The notes below the pieces were generated by a model. It saw nothing but the letters and a program-made list of their open reading frames with translations. It was not told the origin of the DNA and searched no databases. Positions 1-12,209 of a stretch of 64,000 nucleotides of DNA are shown in pieces. This stretch comes from Chiloscyllium plagiosum. Taxonomy: Eukaryota. Both the position numbers and the translations under genes were made by a program. Every line of letters starts with the position of its first letter. Within the stretch, counting starts at the first letter, position 1. The stretch spans positions 575,248 through 639,247 of the forward strand of contig NC_057751.1 in NCBI RefSeq assembly GCF_004010195.1, written 5' to 3'.

Positions 1-959
1 TACCTTTTTCAAAGTTAATAAACCATTTTCAAAGCTATCAAAGTACAAAATATATATGTCCCAAAGCCAACAGCTAAAGAACTCAAATTGTTAAAAAAAA
101 AACCCAAAATCTTTCCAAGGACATAGCAAGGAGGGGAGAGATATCAATCGAAAGTGAGAAACTGATAACCTTACTCTCTCCACACAAAGAAAGAATTCTG
201 TCATTACTGAGAGTTTGAAATGTAAATTTGATTCAATACTGAAGTTTCACATCTACAATTCTTACCCAACAGTTCTAACAATTGTGCTGTTTTCCTGAAT
301 TATTTGCAATTGCATGTCAGGATATTTTAAGAGTCATCGACCCAAGGGACATATTCCTAAATTCAACATAAGCCTAACAAGTGGAAGTGCCATTGCATAA
401 TATCGCAAAGTATGCAATAAATTTCACAGACCCAAAATATCCCATCAAAATCATTCACCAGAATACCTCAGTAAATGACATTTACAAAGCATCCTGTTAC
501 ACATTTATAACTGTATGATTCATGATTCATACACGTTTGGAGTATAACATTCACACAGAGAATTAAACAATTTACCCGTTAAATATACAAAACTGGGTTG
601 AAAGTTGGTGGACAAACCTGAAGTAATTGAAAATCAGAGAGTAGCTACAGTTCATGGTGGGAAGTATTGGAAACAAAACAATGATATTCTGTCTTGTGAA
701 AGCTTACCTCAGTGGCTTTGGCACTTTGTCAAAATGATGAAAAGAAACAAAAAAATTAAAATAGGAGCCTTCAAACTCTCATCCCTCTCAACAAGCCCCT
801 ACACATCCTCATAGTGCCACCTCTCTGCACCCACTCTCCATGCCAGCTGATGCCCTCAATGACCCCACATATCCTCCATGTTAGCCTGTTCCCTTTCCAA
901 CTACCACGGTCCTCATATCTGCAATGCCAATCCATGGCCCTCTGTCCACTCATGCTAAC

Positions 960-1108
960 ATTTACCATCCACCTCCATTTGTCCTCACTTCAGGCTCTCT
1001 GCCTTTATTCCTGATGAAGGGCTTTTGCCCGAAACGTCGATTTTGCTGCTCCTCAGATGCTGTCTGAACTGCTGTGCTCTTCCAGCACCAGCACCATTAA
1101 TCCAGAAC
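960..1108 (+). mobile_element. Penelope-like element 3'-end fragment with intact hammerhead motif (1011-1038)
   Basis: CTGATGA-A-GGGC-TTTT-GCCC-GAAA-CG-TC followed by the family tail gatgctgtctgaactgctgtgctcttccagca. Left boundary approximate. Confidence 0.75.
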
Positions 1109-1186
1109 TCATTCATACAATGTCAAGAAACCAGCAAACAGATGGACCTCAGGACCCATGTTGAGATTGTATTAAATATTTCAGTG

Positions 1187-1346
1187 GATCTTTTATCTTA
1201 GCCTGCTGGGCCAACTTTCCTCATTCCTGAAGAAGGGCTAATGCCCGAAACGTCGATTCTCCTGTTCCCTAGATGCTGCCTGACCTGCTGCGCTTTTCCA
1301 GCAACACATTTCCAGCTCTCCAGCATCTGCAGACCTCACTTTCTCC
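1187..1346 (+). mobile_element. PLE 3'-end insertion (family A) with intact hammerhead motif (1227-1254) and 15-bp TSD
   Basis: TSD ttaaatatttcagtg at 1172-1186 and 1347-1361; CTGAAGA-A-GGGC-TAAT-GCCC-GAAA-CG-TC. Confidence 0.8.
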
Positions 1347-1834
1347 TTAAATATTTCAGTGTCTATTGATGATTTTAGGTTTCTGATTAAAAACTCATTT
1401 ACTACATTTAACATTTTTTTATCTCTCATAAAATTGTATTGGACATCATCGTCCCAATTTAAAGAGTTTTTAACTATATGGAGCTGTTATCAAATATGTA
1501 AACTGGCAGTCACTCTGCTGTGATAATAAAACGTTGTGAAATCCACCATGTAGTAATCTAGTCATGGTAGGGAGGGTTATAGCAACAGAGTGAAACAACA
1601 TGCTTTCTTTTTTGAGAGCAGACAGTTTTTTTCCCAAATACATGCAGAGTAATTTTAGATGCAAGCTTGACTACTCCCTTTATGACCACTTTCACAGTTC
1701 TCCTGACAGTTCCAATGAATGAAGGCCACTTGACCTCTCCCAAAGGGCACCTGATCTCTGCAAAAGCTGCCATGGAACCATATCCCAGAGGCCTCCTTCC
1801 CAAAGAATTCTGGCAAATGTAGACCTATTCCTAC

Positions 1835-2535
1835 TGTTATGAAGATGTGGGTGTACTAAACCTTTTAAGAGAGTTAAAACCTAACAGTGACAGCCCCAAG
1901 TGTTCTCAGTAAGACACAATGTAACATGTACTTCAGCTACTGGGGCAGTGGTTGCCTGGAAACGACAAACAACAGATTAGAATTAGGCCAATTAGTTTAA
2001 ATTATACCCTGAAAAATACCAAATTTCAATCAAGTTAGAATTGAGTATATTGACAATCTTAAAAGCCAACGACACAATCGGATGCTCTAGGATATAAGAC
2101 CAGGGGGAAATTGAACAGTTGAGAGGAGAACTACCAAGCGCAGCATGTAAACAGACTGCCTGAAAAATAGCTCTCTTAAAAGGTACCATTTTCAATCAGT
2201 AACCTGTGAAGCAGAAATCCCTAAGAAGACGAAGACACAGGACGATCCAAATAGAAGAACTGAAAGCTGCCTGGTTTTGAGATAAGTAGTTTTGTTTTGT
2301 AAATCTTAATTGGGAGTTTTATCAGACTAGTATTATAGAAGGGAAGGTAAAAGATAGGTTAGTGTAAGGACTTGAAAATATTTATTAGTTAATTATTCTC
2401 TTATACTTTAAGAAATAAAATTGTTAATGTTTACTTTGAATAGTTCTTGGTCACTTGAATCTTTAAAGATTGCTGCACAGGATAAATCTTTTCTGTGTTG
2501 CTGATTTTAAATTAAATTTACCCCATGTCATAACA
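1835..2535 (+). mobile_element. Probable solo LTR
   Basis: TGTTATGA...TCATAACA terminal inverted repeat; internal TATAAG (~2093) and AATAAA (~2414); TSD not clean. Confidence 0.55.
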
Positions 2536-3489
2536 CTGTAACAAAGGTATGCAAGCTGTGTTTGGAACATTCCACTTGTGAAAAGTAGATCTGCCTGAGG
2601 CACCTGCACTTTAACAAGTGAACGACTGATATACACATTAGGACCTGCCCATATTCCAATGCACCCTGGGCAAAAGGGAAATGCCATGCTTGAGGGCAGT
2701 AAGTCTCTGGATTTGGGTTTCCACCAGCACTTTGGCAATGACACAGAGGCTTCCCACCTGCCTCAAAGTTCAGGCCATAGTCCCAAAATATCCCAGTTCC
2801 AGTATATTCTATCGAAATCACTATCCCAAAACATTGCAGTGTTCTCAGAGTCACAAAACATCCACTTACCTCACAACCACAAATTATCCCATCAACATCA
2901 CATTGCCAGGAAAGAGAGAGACCACTGCCTTGTACCCAACAACCTGTGAAAGGATGTATTTTTGAACAAATGGATTATCGCATTTGGGATTTGAGTTTAA
3001 CAGGTTAAAGAGAGATATAGCAAATGAGCGAAGATAAATGGAGTGTGCTGTGTTCAAACTGGAACTGAGAAGTAACTGTGCTCAGAACAGCAAGCTCCCT
3101 GGGTACCAGGTCAAATTAGACATACATTGTTTGTGTCTGTGGAAAAGCTTGTTTTCCCTTTTTGCTGATTTGTTCAAATGGTTCCCCCTTTTTTGGCTGT
3201 GATTTACACCCTTAGAACTGCTAAGTCAGGTACAGCTCATCTACTGTCTAAAACACACTCATAATTAAGTCCACAATTAGAAATTTCTGCTACTTCTATA
3301 TCTTCTTTATGCCTTTCTTTCAAAATATTTTCCACATCTGCACTTTGAATCTTGGTTGGTCATTAGCATTCTGGGGATTAGCCAGAATAAGTAATGGAGG
3401 GAACATTGCAAGTTTACAGCAGGACTTTGTGGAAAAGGGGCTCCTTTCAGGTGAATTTCCACATTGAGAGTTGATTCTAGAAGCTGCAA

Positions 3490-3885
3490 TTAAATAGCAC
3501 CTTTAATTTAGTTAAGGTGCTTCATGGTGATATCGAAGAAAAGTTGGCATCGGACCACATAAAGATATACAGACTAATGCTTGTAAGCTTGATCAAAGAT
3601 ACAGTTTTTAAGAATATCTTAAAAGAAGTGGGAGACGCAGGGGGATGAAGGGAGGGAATTCGAGAGCTGAGAACACAGGCACAGGTAACAGTCATGGAAT
3701 GATGAAAATCAATAATGCAAAGGAGGGGAGAATGAGGTGGACACAGAGGTAAATCTCGGAGATTCGTAGGGCTGGATAACAGAGAATGGGAGGAGCTGAG
3801 GAGGCTGGTTTGAAAGCAGGTTTCAAGATTTAAAACTGAAGACCTTCTCAGACCAGGAGCCATAATATAGTTCAGAGAGCACAGA
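3490..3885 (-). mobile_element. L2-like LINE 3' remnant
   Basis: Minus-strand ...PTSFKIFLKT resembles an L2 ORF2 C-terminus; tail ends ...aaaggtgctat. Confidence 0.45.
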
Positions 3886-4635
3886 TCTCACCTGCTGTTG
3901 AAGGACAAAGAAGTAAAGAACAGGATAGTAAACTTTCAATATTATTGCTGCCGAGTCTCACACATTTCATATCTCTGAGCCGCACTGTCAAATTAACCAC
4001 AATAACGGAGCTGGAAATGTTGGCGGTTCATGGGTTTTCCGTTTGTTAGTCAAAGGCCACAACAGGCCCAGTCACAGCTACAATTAACAACTGTACCGAG
4101 TTTAAATGCTAAATCCTAGCTCTGACTGAGGTAAGCCTCAAAATATTTTCTTCTCAATGTCGAAGAGAGGGGCCACAGAAGGGAATGAAAGGGACTCAGA
4201 CAAAGGGATGGAAGGAGGGAGAGGGAGATACACAGACAGATCTAAAAAGTCAAAAAGAGTCGGAGCCAGAAAATAACAGAAAGAATAAGCATTTCATGAA
4301 TAAAAGGGAGTGTAAGAGGTAAAGAAGTGGAAGAAAGAGTGTGGAGGGGAAGTAGGTGGATAGGTAAACAGAGGGATATGTGCAGTTCCAGACCATTGTT
4401 TGCAGACAAAATCTTTTTACTATTTATCAATTAAATCAGAAGGCAAGTCATTCGGATTGAAACTTGCTCTGCTGAGAGACTCCCCACTTCTGAAAATGGG
4501 GCTGGGATTTCCAGGCAGGAGCTGGTTGCTGGCCATGGTGTGACGGCAATATGTCAACTCTGACTCACAGGCCCAATGGTTCAGCTTTGACTCCAGAGAT
4601 CTGAGACCAAAATCTAGGCCAACACTCTCTGAATC

Positions 4636-4900
4636 CCACACAAATACACAGACATGCACACAGAAACACAGACACATTCTCTCACATACACGCATACCCT
4701 TAACAGCCGCACACACACACACATGCACGTTATCACATATATGCATACACATGCTCTCAAATACACGCACACATACACACATTCTCTCACACTCACGCAT
4801 ACTCTTACAGCCATGAGCACACACACACACCCACTCAGACACACACATGCACACACATAGTCACACACACACAAACATAAACACCAACACAAGCACACAA
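4636..4900. repeat. Degenerate (CA)n microsatellite
   Basis: Runs of acac/catac/ctcac. Confidence 0.95.
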
Positions 4901-5306
4901 CACCTTCATTTTGATTGAATTTCTAGCTCATGGTAGTAACTGCTGGATTTTGCTGTTGGAAGCCATTTTTTGCGAGGCTTAGTGCAGAATGAGTATCTTG
5001 TTTACAGGTAGCAGTCCTGAAATGATCAAAGTTGCTCTCAGCAGTTACTGTTCTATTCCAGGCAGTGAGAACCAGCTGCAATATGCTGAAACATCCATCA
5101 ATGATGCAGAATGCTGAGATGGCTCGACTGAAGTCAAACACTGAATTCACCAGGCCAGCATATTCTGAGCTCTGCTGCTAAACTTGGTGTTAGGGGTTAG
5201 TGGGTGGTTAGATCCTGATGGTTCAGGGGTTACACAGGGACAAAAACAATTTTACATCTCTGTATGTCACTGCCTGTCTCTCACCAGGATTACTGAAGGT
5301 CTTAAG

Positions 5307-5874
5307 GAGAAAGTGAGATCAGAGTTGAGACTGTGGTGCTGGAAAAGCACAGCAGGTCAGGCAGCATCCAAGAAGTATGAGAATTGACATTTCGGGCATA
5401 AGTTCTTCGTTAGGAATGAAGCTTGTGGGGTGGGCGGCTGAGAGATAAATGGGAGGGGGTTGGGGGGAAGGTAGCTGACAATGCGATAGATAGATGAGAG
5501 AAGGTGACAGGTCGGAGAGGAGGGTGGAGCGGATAGATGAGAAATGTGATGGACCTTTCAGGAGGGTGGTGCCGAGTTGGAGTCTTGGGACTGGGATAAT
5601 GTGGGGGGAGGGGAAATGAGGAAATTGTTGAAATCCATAATTTATCCCGTGTGGTTGCAGGGCCCCAAGGCAGAAGATGAGGTGTTCTTCCTCCAGGCGT
5701 CAGATGGTAAGAGTTTGGCAATACAGGAGGCCCAGGGCCTGCATGTCCTTGGCGGAGTGGAAGGGGGAGTTGAAGTGTTCAGGCACGGGGCAGTGGGGTT
5801 GGTTGGTGTAGGTGTCCCAGAGATATTCTGTGAAACGATCCGCAGGTTGGTGCCCAATCTCCCAGATGTAGATG
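5307..5874 (-). mobile_element. 5'-truncated Penelope-like retroelement with GIY-YIG endonuclease remnant and decayed hammerhead tail
   Basis: Minus translation LIYIWEIGHQPADRFTEYL...PVPEHFNSPFHSAKDMQALGLLYCQ..*RLEEEHLIFCLGALQPHGIN resembles the PLE GIY-YIG domain (YIGET..RF.EH..HFN..LE..LI..L....GIN). TSD aggtcttaag at 5297-5306 and 5875-5884. Confidence 0.85.
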
Positions 5875-6254
5875 AGGTCTTAAGTAAACCTCCATTGCAG
5901 ATTCACGCCTTCCTCAATGAAGCAATAGCAGTCCGGGAGCCAATGTGGATCAATGAATTTAAGGTGAAGGGTGAATTGGATTTGGTGTGAGTTAAGATAC
6001 AGACACATGAGGTTTTGATGAACTCAGTTTGCTGAAGGTTGGCTGTGAGTTGTACTGTTGAGACATGTCAGATTGTTCGGGGGTTTGACAGCTATAACCC
6101 CCCAACAGAAACTACAACAAGGTGGGGACATGGGGCCACATTTTGGCTGTGAAATGGGTCTCCAGAATCAGAAGATTATCTGACTTGCAAACCCACCTCC
6201 TTTGAAAAGCTTCCCAAAAAGGGGAGTTTTTGCTTCAGGTGGGGTGCAGATCCA

Positions 6255-6373
6255 AAGAAAACCTGCAGATGCTGGAATGCAAGGTAGACAAGCAGGAGGT
6301 TGGAAGAACACAGCAAGCCAGGCAGCATCAGGAGGCGGAGAAGTCAATGTTTTGGGTGTAACTCTTCTTCAGG
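6255..6373 (-). mobile_element. PLE 3'-end fragment (family B)
   Basis: Reverse complement reads cctgaagaagagttacacccaaaacattgact...gatgctgcctggcttgctgtg; same family as the 8918 and 16286 copies. Confidence 0.7.
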
Positions 6374-8019
6374 TAGAGTGTGCCCAGGATGGAGCTGGGC
6401 TCAATGACCCAGAAGGACCATGTGGGCAACATTTGGGGAGAGGTCAGTGCCAAGCCTTGCTGGTGAGGCCTAGCCTGGTTCTCTGAGACCTTGTCCTGTG
6501 TGTGTTAAGATTAGTTGGGCTCCCTAAGGTTTATTCCTCATAGCTCTCACTGCCAACTCACGGCCCCTCATTTCTTTCAAACCACTTCCCAGTATCCAGC
6601 AATTATCCTCCAGTAAAAATCGAGAGTCAAAGTAAAAGTATACTTTGAACTATTTCATGTAGCTGTCACTCCTTCCACACTTATAAGTGAAAATAAATCT
6701 TCAGCTGACTAACGGCTGAACCTTATGTTGTTGTTTTGTGCTAAATCTGAGTTATACTGTGTTTTTTGAAGGATTTGTTGCTGCTAGTCTGAGTGAGTTT
6801 ACTCACTGTACAGTCAGTTCTGCCAAGAAATGTGTATTTCTTCCACGCAAATTGGCTTTAACACGATTGAAGAATTTAGACCGTTATTTGTAGAACGCGA
6901 ACTTTCCTTTTGTGTATTGACTATAATGTGATTCCAGTCCCATTCCAGTCCAGTTTAAATAGGGTGGTTATTGTGTGATTTACTTATAACTCGAGATCAC
7001 ACTAGAAATGAACTATTGCACTATATTAGAACCAACTGCATCTTACTAAACTCATCTCATTTACGACCTACCGTGCCCCCAATGGTGTCCCTCATTTTTG
7101 ATTTCCACCCCACCTTACCATGCACCACTCACAGAACAATTCGCCACTTAACCAATATCCCAGAATTCACTGACATGCTGTGCTGTTTTCTAAGTCCAGA
7201 CAAACAATGTCAGTCTGAAGCTGCCCTGTCCACTTCCTGACATTTACTCCTGACATGGCAGACAGAGAGAAATCAGCGCCCCACTTTGTGACTTTGTTCC
7301 TGGAATACTTGCTGGACAATGGGACTTCCTCTTCCCTCAGTATCAGCAGGGTGGCTATGACACCAGACTATCCCAGACTGGTCAGAGGTTTTACAGAAGT
7401 CTCAGCCACCTGGAGGAACGCCCAGCACTGTGGGAAAAACGTGAATGTCCTTCCACGACCACTCTTCCAGAATAAATCCCACCACCTTCTCTCTGATACC
7501 TCTCACTCATTCAACTCTATTAGAATACCTACCAAGGCCCATGGTATACCACCCTCACTATTGCCTGAACATCTTCTCTCACTCACTCCAATCCCTGAAA
7601 CCACAAACCCTGCTATCCCCACTGTGCTGCCTCCTCACTCGCTCAGAACACCTCCCCACCCGCACCACCCACTTCCATCTCCCATAATACCATTCCAGGA
7701 GCTAAACATCCCACACTACGACAGAAAGACCGAAGACACGTGGCATAATCAGCTTTTATCAGCAGAGAATCCTGACTCTGACCTCCTTGAGCAGGGCCTA
7801 GACTCATATTAGAGGCTGCCCTTCACTCACTGTTCTGGAATCTTCTCGCAAAGACTATCCCTCTTGACTGGACTGAGGTCCAACTGATAATTATGACACA
7901 GTTCCTAGTGTTGTGTTCATACTAAATAGCAAGGCATGACAGAATTAATCATCTGGTGTTTCTGGCTGAGGGATCGATGTACAAATAGGCAAGCCAAGAT
8001 TTGCTGTATAGGGGTACGG

Positions 8020-8348
8020 TCAGAGTGGACCTTAGTTAGGCCATATTTGGAGTACTGTGTGCAGTTCTGGTCGCCTCACTTTAGGAAAGATGTGGAAGCT
8101 TTGGAGAGGGTGCAGAGAAAATTTACCAGGATGTTACCTGGAATGGAGAATAGATCATACGAGGATAGGTTGAGAGTGCTAGGCATGGAATGTGTTGCCT
8201 GTGGGAGTGGCAGAGTCAGAATCATTGGTGACCTTTAAGCGGCAATTGGATAGGTACATGGATAGGTGCTTAAGCTAGGACAAATGTTCAGCACAACATC
8301 GTGGGCCGAAGGGCCTGTTCTGTGCTGTATTGTTCTATGTTCTATGAA
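8020..8348 (+). mobile_element. CR1 LINE 3' fragment
   Basis: LVRPYLEYCVQFWSP...ERVQRKFTRM, an internal deletion and a (ttctatg) tail. Confidence 0.9.
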
Positions 8349-8917
8349 TGCTATGACAGTGAGTAAAGAGCCTGGTGATACAGCCTGGTGCAGTCCATGA
8401 GCTGGTGTGTGTGTCCCTGAGCACAGTGTCTTTGCTGAAACATTACAATGAGAGTTATTGGTGCAGCCTGAGGTGCAGAAGAGGACTCTAAGTGGTTTGG
8501 GGATGTACCATGAGGGTTTATTGAGGCTGGGACATATTGAATGCCAATGTGTGTGGATGTGGGGTATGTGTGGTCAATGGTCATAAAAGACGTCCTGAGA
8601 TGATGATGCCTAGTGTTCAATATGAAGGCCTTTCCAATTCATCAGAGAGCTGGATTCGCTGGGAGCACAGTCTCAATTTCTTGTCAAATTTTCTCAAAGT
8701 TCAGCTTGTCTCCTGGTTTTGGCAAGGTAGAAAGATAAATATTAATGAGGCAATTGGTATCATCAAAATGGGGTTTAACAAGCAACAAATGACAACTCAC
8801 CACAGTCTTGTGAGAATCACATCACACTACCTATAGAGCATAAAAGATGGAGAAACATGCTTCTCATCACAAAATGGGCTTTGCCACATTTTCACCCAAT
8901 TCTGCCACACATCCTGG

Positions 8918-9083
8918 CAGGAGGCTGGAAGAACACAGCAAGCCAGGGAGCATTAGGAGGTGGAGAAGTCGATGTTTTGGGTGTAAGCCTACCTTGGGAC
9001 TGATGCTGCCTGGCTTGCTGTGTTCTTCCAGCCTCATGCCTGTCTATTTTGGATTCCAGCATCTGTAGTTTTATTGTCTCTAA
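8918..9083. mobile_element. Fold-back PLE family B insertion with 13-bp TSD
   Basis: Inverted arms ggctggaagaacacagcaagccagg / cctggcttgctgtgttcttccagcc; TSD ccacacatcctgg at 8905-8917 and 9084-9096. Confidence 0.8.
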
Positions 9084-9599
9084 CCACACATCCTGGAATA
9101 GCCCACAATGCTCAGACCCATATGGGATTCTACCCTAAATCTCATATGGGCAATCTCTTATGAAAGCATACAAAATTTTATTCAATTTTCACATCAAAGA
9201 TGGCTAAATCTTTAAGAGCATCTTTGAGCTGTTGAACTTAAACTATGAACTCAGAAACTCTTGTTGAGATAATTGTATCTTTTGAAATTCAGCCAAATGT
9301 TCATTATGTTAGAGTGATGGCCCATGGGAAATATCAACAAAGAAATCAATTGAAACGTGAATCAAAACCTATCAATCAAAGCCATCTTTCTCAAAAGAAA
9401 ATTGACAGCATTCCTGTTAAAGTATGATAATTATTCAGATCTTGACCACCCTTTAAGCATGTTTATATCTACACCATCAATTCCTGACTTGTTTGAACTC
9501 AGCACTGAGTTCATGCTGCCCCTTTGTGTTTAAGATTCCACCTTGAAACCCCACTTCCCTTTTCCAAATGCAACATTTGATCTTTTTTCACTTAGAGGA

Positions 9600-10625
9600 C
9601 ATGGAATCGCTGGCTGGTCCAGCATTTATTGCCCATTCCTAGCTGCCCTTGAGAAGGTGGTGAAGAGCTGTTTTCTTGAACTGCTCCAATCCATGTGCTG
9701 AAGGGAGGGAGCTCTACAATTTTGACTCAGCAACGCTGAAGGAGTGGCAGTATATTTCCAAGTCAGACTGGTAAGTGGCTTAAGAGGAACTTGCAGATGA
9801 TACATAGAACATAAGAACATAAGAGCCAGCAGGAGTAAGCCATCTGGCTCTACGAGATCATGGCTGATCTTTCCGTGGCCTCAGCTCCGCTTATCCACCC
9901 TCTCACTATAACCTTTTATTCCTTTATTGTTAAAAAAATCTAGCCTTGTTTTTAAAATATTCACTGAAGTAGTGGTAACCACTTCCCTGGGCAGGGAATT
10001 CCATAGATACACAACCCTCTGGTTGAAGAAATTCCTTCTCAACTCAGTCCAAATTCTGCTACCTTTATTTCTGAGGCTATACCTTCTTGTCCTAGCTTCA
10101 CCTGCCAGTGGAAACAGTCTCTCTACATCTATCTTATCTATTCCCTTCATAATTTTACATGTTTCTATAAGATTCCACCTCATTCTTCTAATTTCCAATG
10201 AATACAATCCCAGTCTACTCAGTCTCTCCTCACAAGTCAACCCCCTCAACTCTGGAATCAAAATAGTGAACCTGTTGGTATTTCCATGATGATATTCCCA
10301 TGTATCTGCTGCCGTTGTCTGACTGGATGATGGTTGTCATGAGGTTGGAAGGTGCTGCTAAAAAACTTTGGTGAATTTTGGCAGTGCATCCTGTAGATAG
10401 TACACACTGCTGCTACTGAGCGTTGTTTGTGGAGGGAGTGGATGCTTGTGGATGTTATGTCAATCAAGCAGCCTGCTTTGTCCAGGATGGTGTCAAGCTT
10501 CTTGAAGGTTGTTGGAGCTATACTCATCCAGGTAAGTGAGGAGTTTTCCACCATACTCCTGACTTGTGACTTTTAAATGATGGACAGGCTATGGGAGTCA
10601 GGAGGTGACTTCCTCGCTGTTGGAT
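9600..10625 (-). mobile_element. CR1-group (L2/Crack-like) LINE 3' end interrupted by a CR1 copy (~9803-10275)
   Basis: ORF2 C-terminus KKLDTILDKAGCLI...SIHSLHKQRSVAAVCTIY; nested CR1 MIPELRGLTCEERLSRLGLYSLE...FFNQRVVYLWNSLP with a (ttctatg)-type tail. Confidence 0.8.
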
Positions 10626-11127
10626 TTCTATCATAATACTGTTGGAAATGGAGATGAGACCTGTCTATTTGCATCCTATTCAACTTTTTTAAAGGTCTTT
10701 CCAACTCTGTGCACGATAATCTATATTCCAGGAATAAGGATTTCGCCATTTCCCATTGAGATGTAGCTCAGTGTCTTCACTCAAAGATTGTGAATCTTGG
10801 AATTCTCGATCTGAGAGAACTGAGGAAGCTCATTGTTGAATGTTGAAACTGAGATGTTAGTTATACAGGTACTCAGTATTTGAGGTCAAAGATCAGCACT
10901 GAATGGCAAGCATATGCTTTAGGAGCTGAGTGCCGACTCCTGTTCCTACTTCTGGTATTGTTTTGATGAGTTGCAATAGACAGTAGCGAGATGTCTGTGC
11001 AAGTCAAACTGCGAGACAGACTCAAGTGGGGTTGGGGAAGTAAAATTCAAGAGGTATAGTTGAGATATTGCTCTCTACAAAATAACAACATTTTTCCACA
11101 ATCTGTTCATGTGTTGAGACAACTATT

Positions 11128-11640
11128 TAATTGAATTGAATTTATTGTCAGATGTACCAAGGCACAGTGAAAAGCTTTGTCTTGCGAGCAATACAGGCAG
11201 ATCACAGAATTAGGTAGCATAGATAGTAAATAATAGGGAAACAGCAGCAAAACCGAAACACAGGAACAGGCAAATGTTAACAGTTTGTGAATCCATTCAG
11301 TATTCTAACAACAGTAGGGTAGAAGCTGTTTTGAAACCGGCTGGTGTGTGTGCTCAGGCTTCTGTACCTTCTCCCCGATGGTAGAGGTTGTAGAAAAACA
11401 TTGCCAGGGTGGGATGGATCTTTGAGAATGCTGGCGGCCTTTCCTTGACAGCGGGCCTGGTAGATGGATTCTGTAGATGGAAGGTTGGCCTTTGTGATTG
11501 TCCGGGCTGAGTTCACCACTCTCTCTAACCATCCCTGATCTTAAATGGTACAGTTGCCATACCAGTTAGTGATACATTCATACAGAATGCTCTCGATGGC
11601 GCACCTATAAAAGTTGGCAAGGGTATTTGCCATCATGCCA
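11128..11640 (-). mobile_element. Rex1/Babar LINE 3' fragment
   Basis: LPSTESIYQARCQGKAASILKDPSHPG...LPSGRRYRSL...RFQNSFYP; AATAAA plus (ttcaa)n tail. Confidence 0.85.
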
Positions 11641-12209
11641 CACAGACTGCAGGAATTCTTTCACAGGGGTTACTGAGAGTTACTGAAACTCTAACCTATT
11701 TGAAGACCTGCTCAAAGCCCAGGAAATCCCTCATTACCTCCATTCCTTAGCTGAAAGATTACCTTCCCCATGAACGCTGCAATGCTTTAGCATTCATACA
11801 GCTTAACTGACCATCAATTCTGACTGTCAGTGGGAGGAAGCGGAGTTTGCTGTTAACTATTATTTATGAATAAACCATGAAGCAGGAGGTTAGGTTTTGT
11901 TTTGATTCTAAAGTAACTACTTAGTGTCCACTATAAACATTCTAATAGGTGCAAGCTAACCCATTCCAAAAGTAAAAAAAAGGTATTTTACATTCCTCTG
12001 ACTCCACATATGTGCGGCAGGTTCAGTCATATTGGATACAGCCCAAGACATCCAAAACAAACCTTAGAGCAAGTAGGTTTAGTCACTTGAAGAACTCTAC
12101 TCCAGCTCCGGGGAAATTTCGGCTGCTGCTATTTCCTAATGAATGCTCCAGTTGCTGTTTGCCCCCGGCAACCCGAGTGGTTCACAGTTCAACGTCCCAG
12201 GATCAATGG

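Noticed and set aside
4420..4898. Cys/Val- and His/Thr-rich ORFs
   Set aside because: Translations of a (CA)n microsatellite.
7690..7900. Hepadnavirus polymerase terminal-protein fragment
   Set aside because: Only a vague resemblance (FTHCSGIFS); no core or RT motifs nearby.
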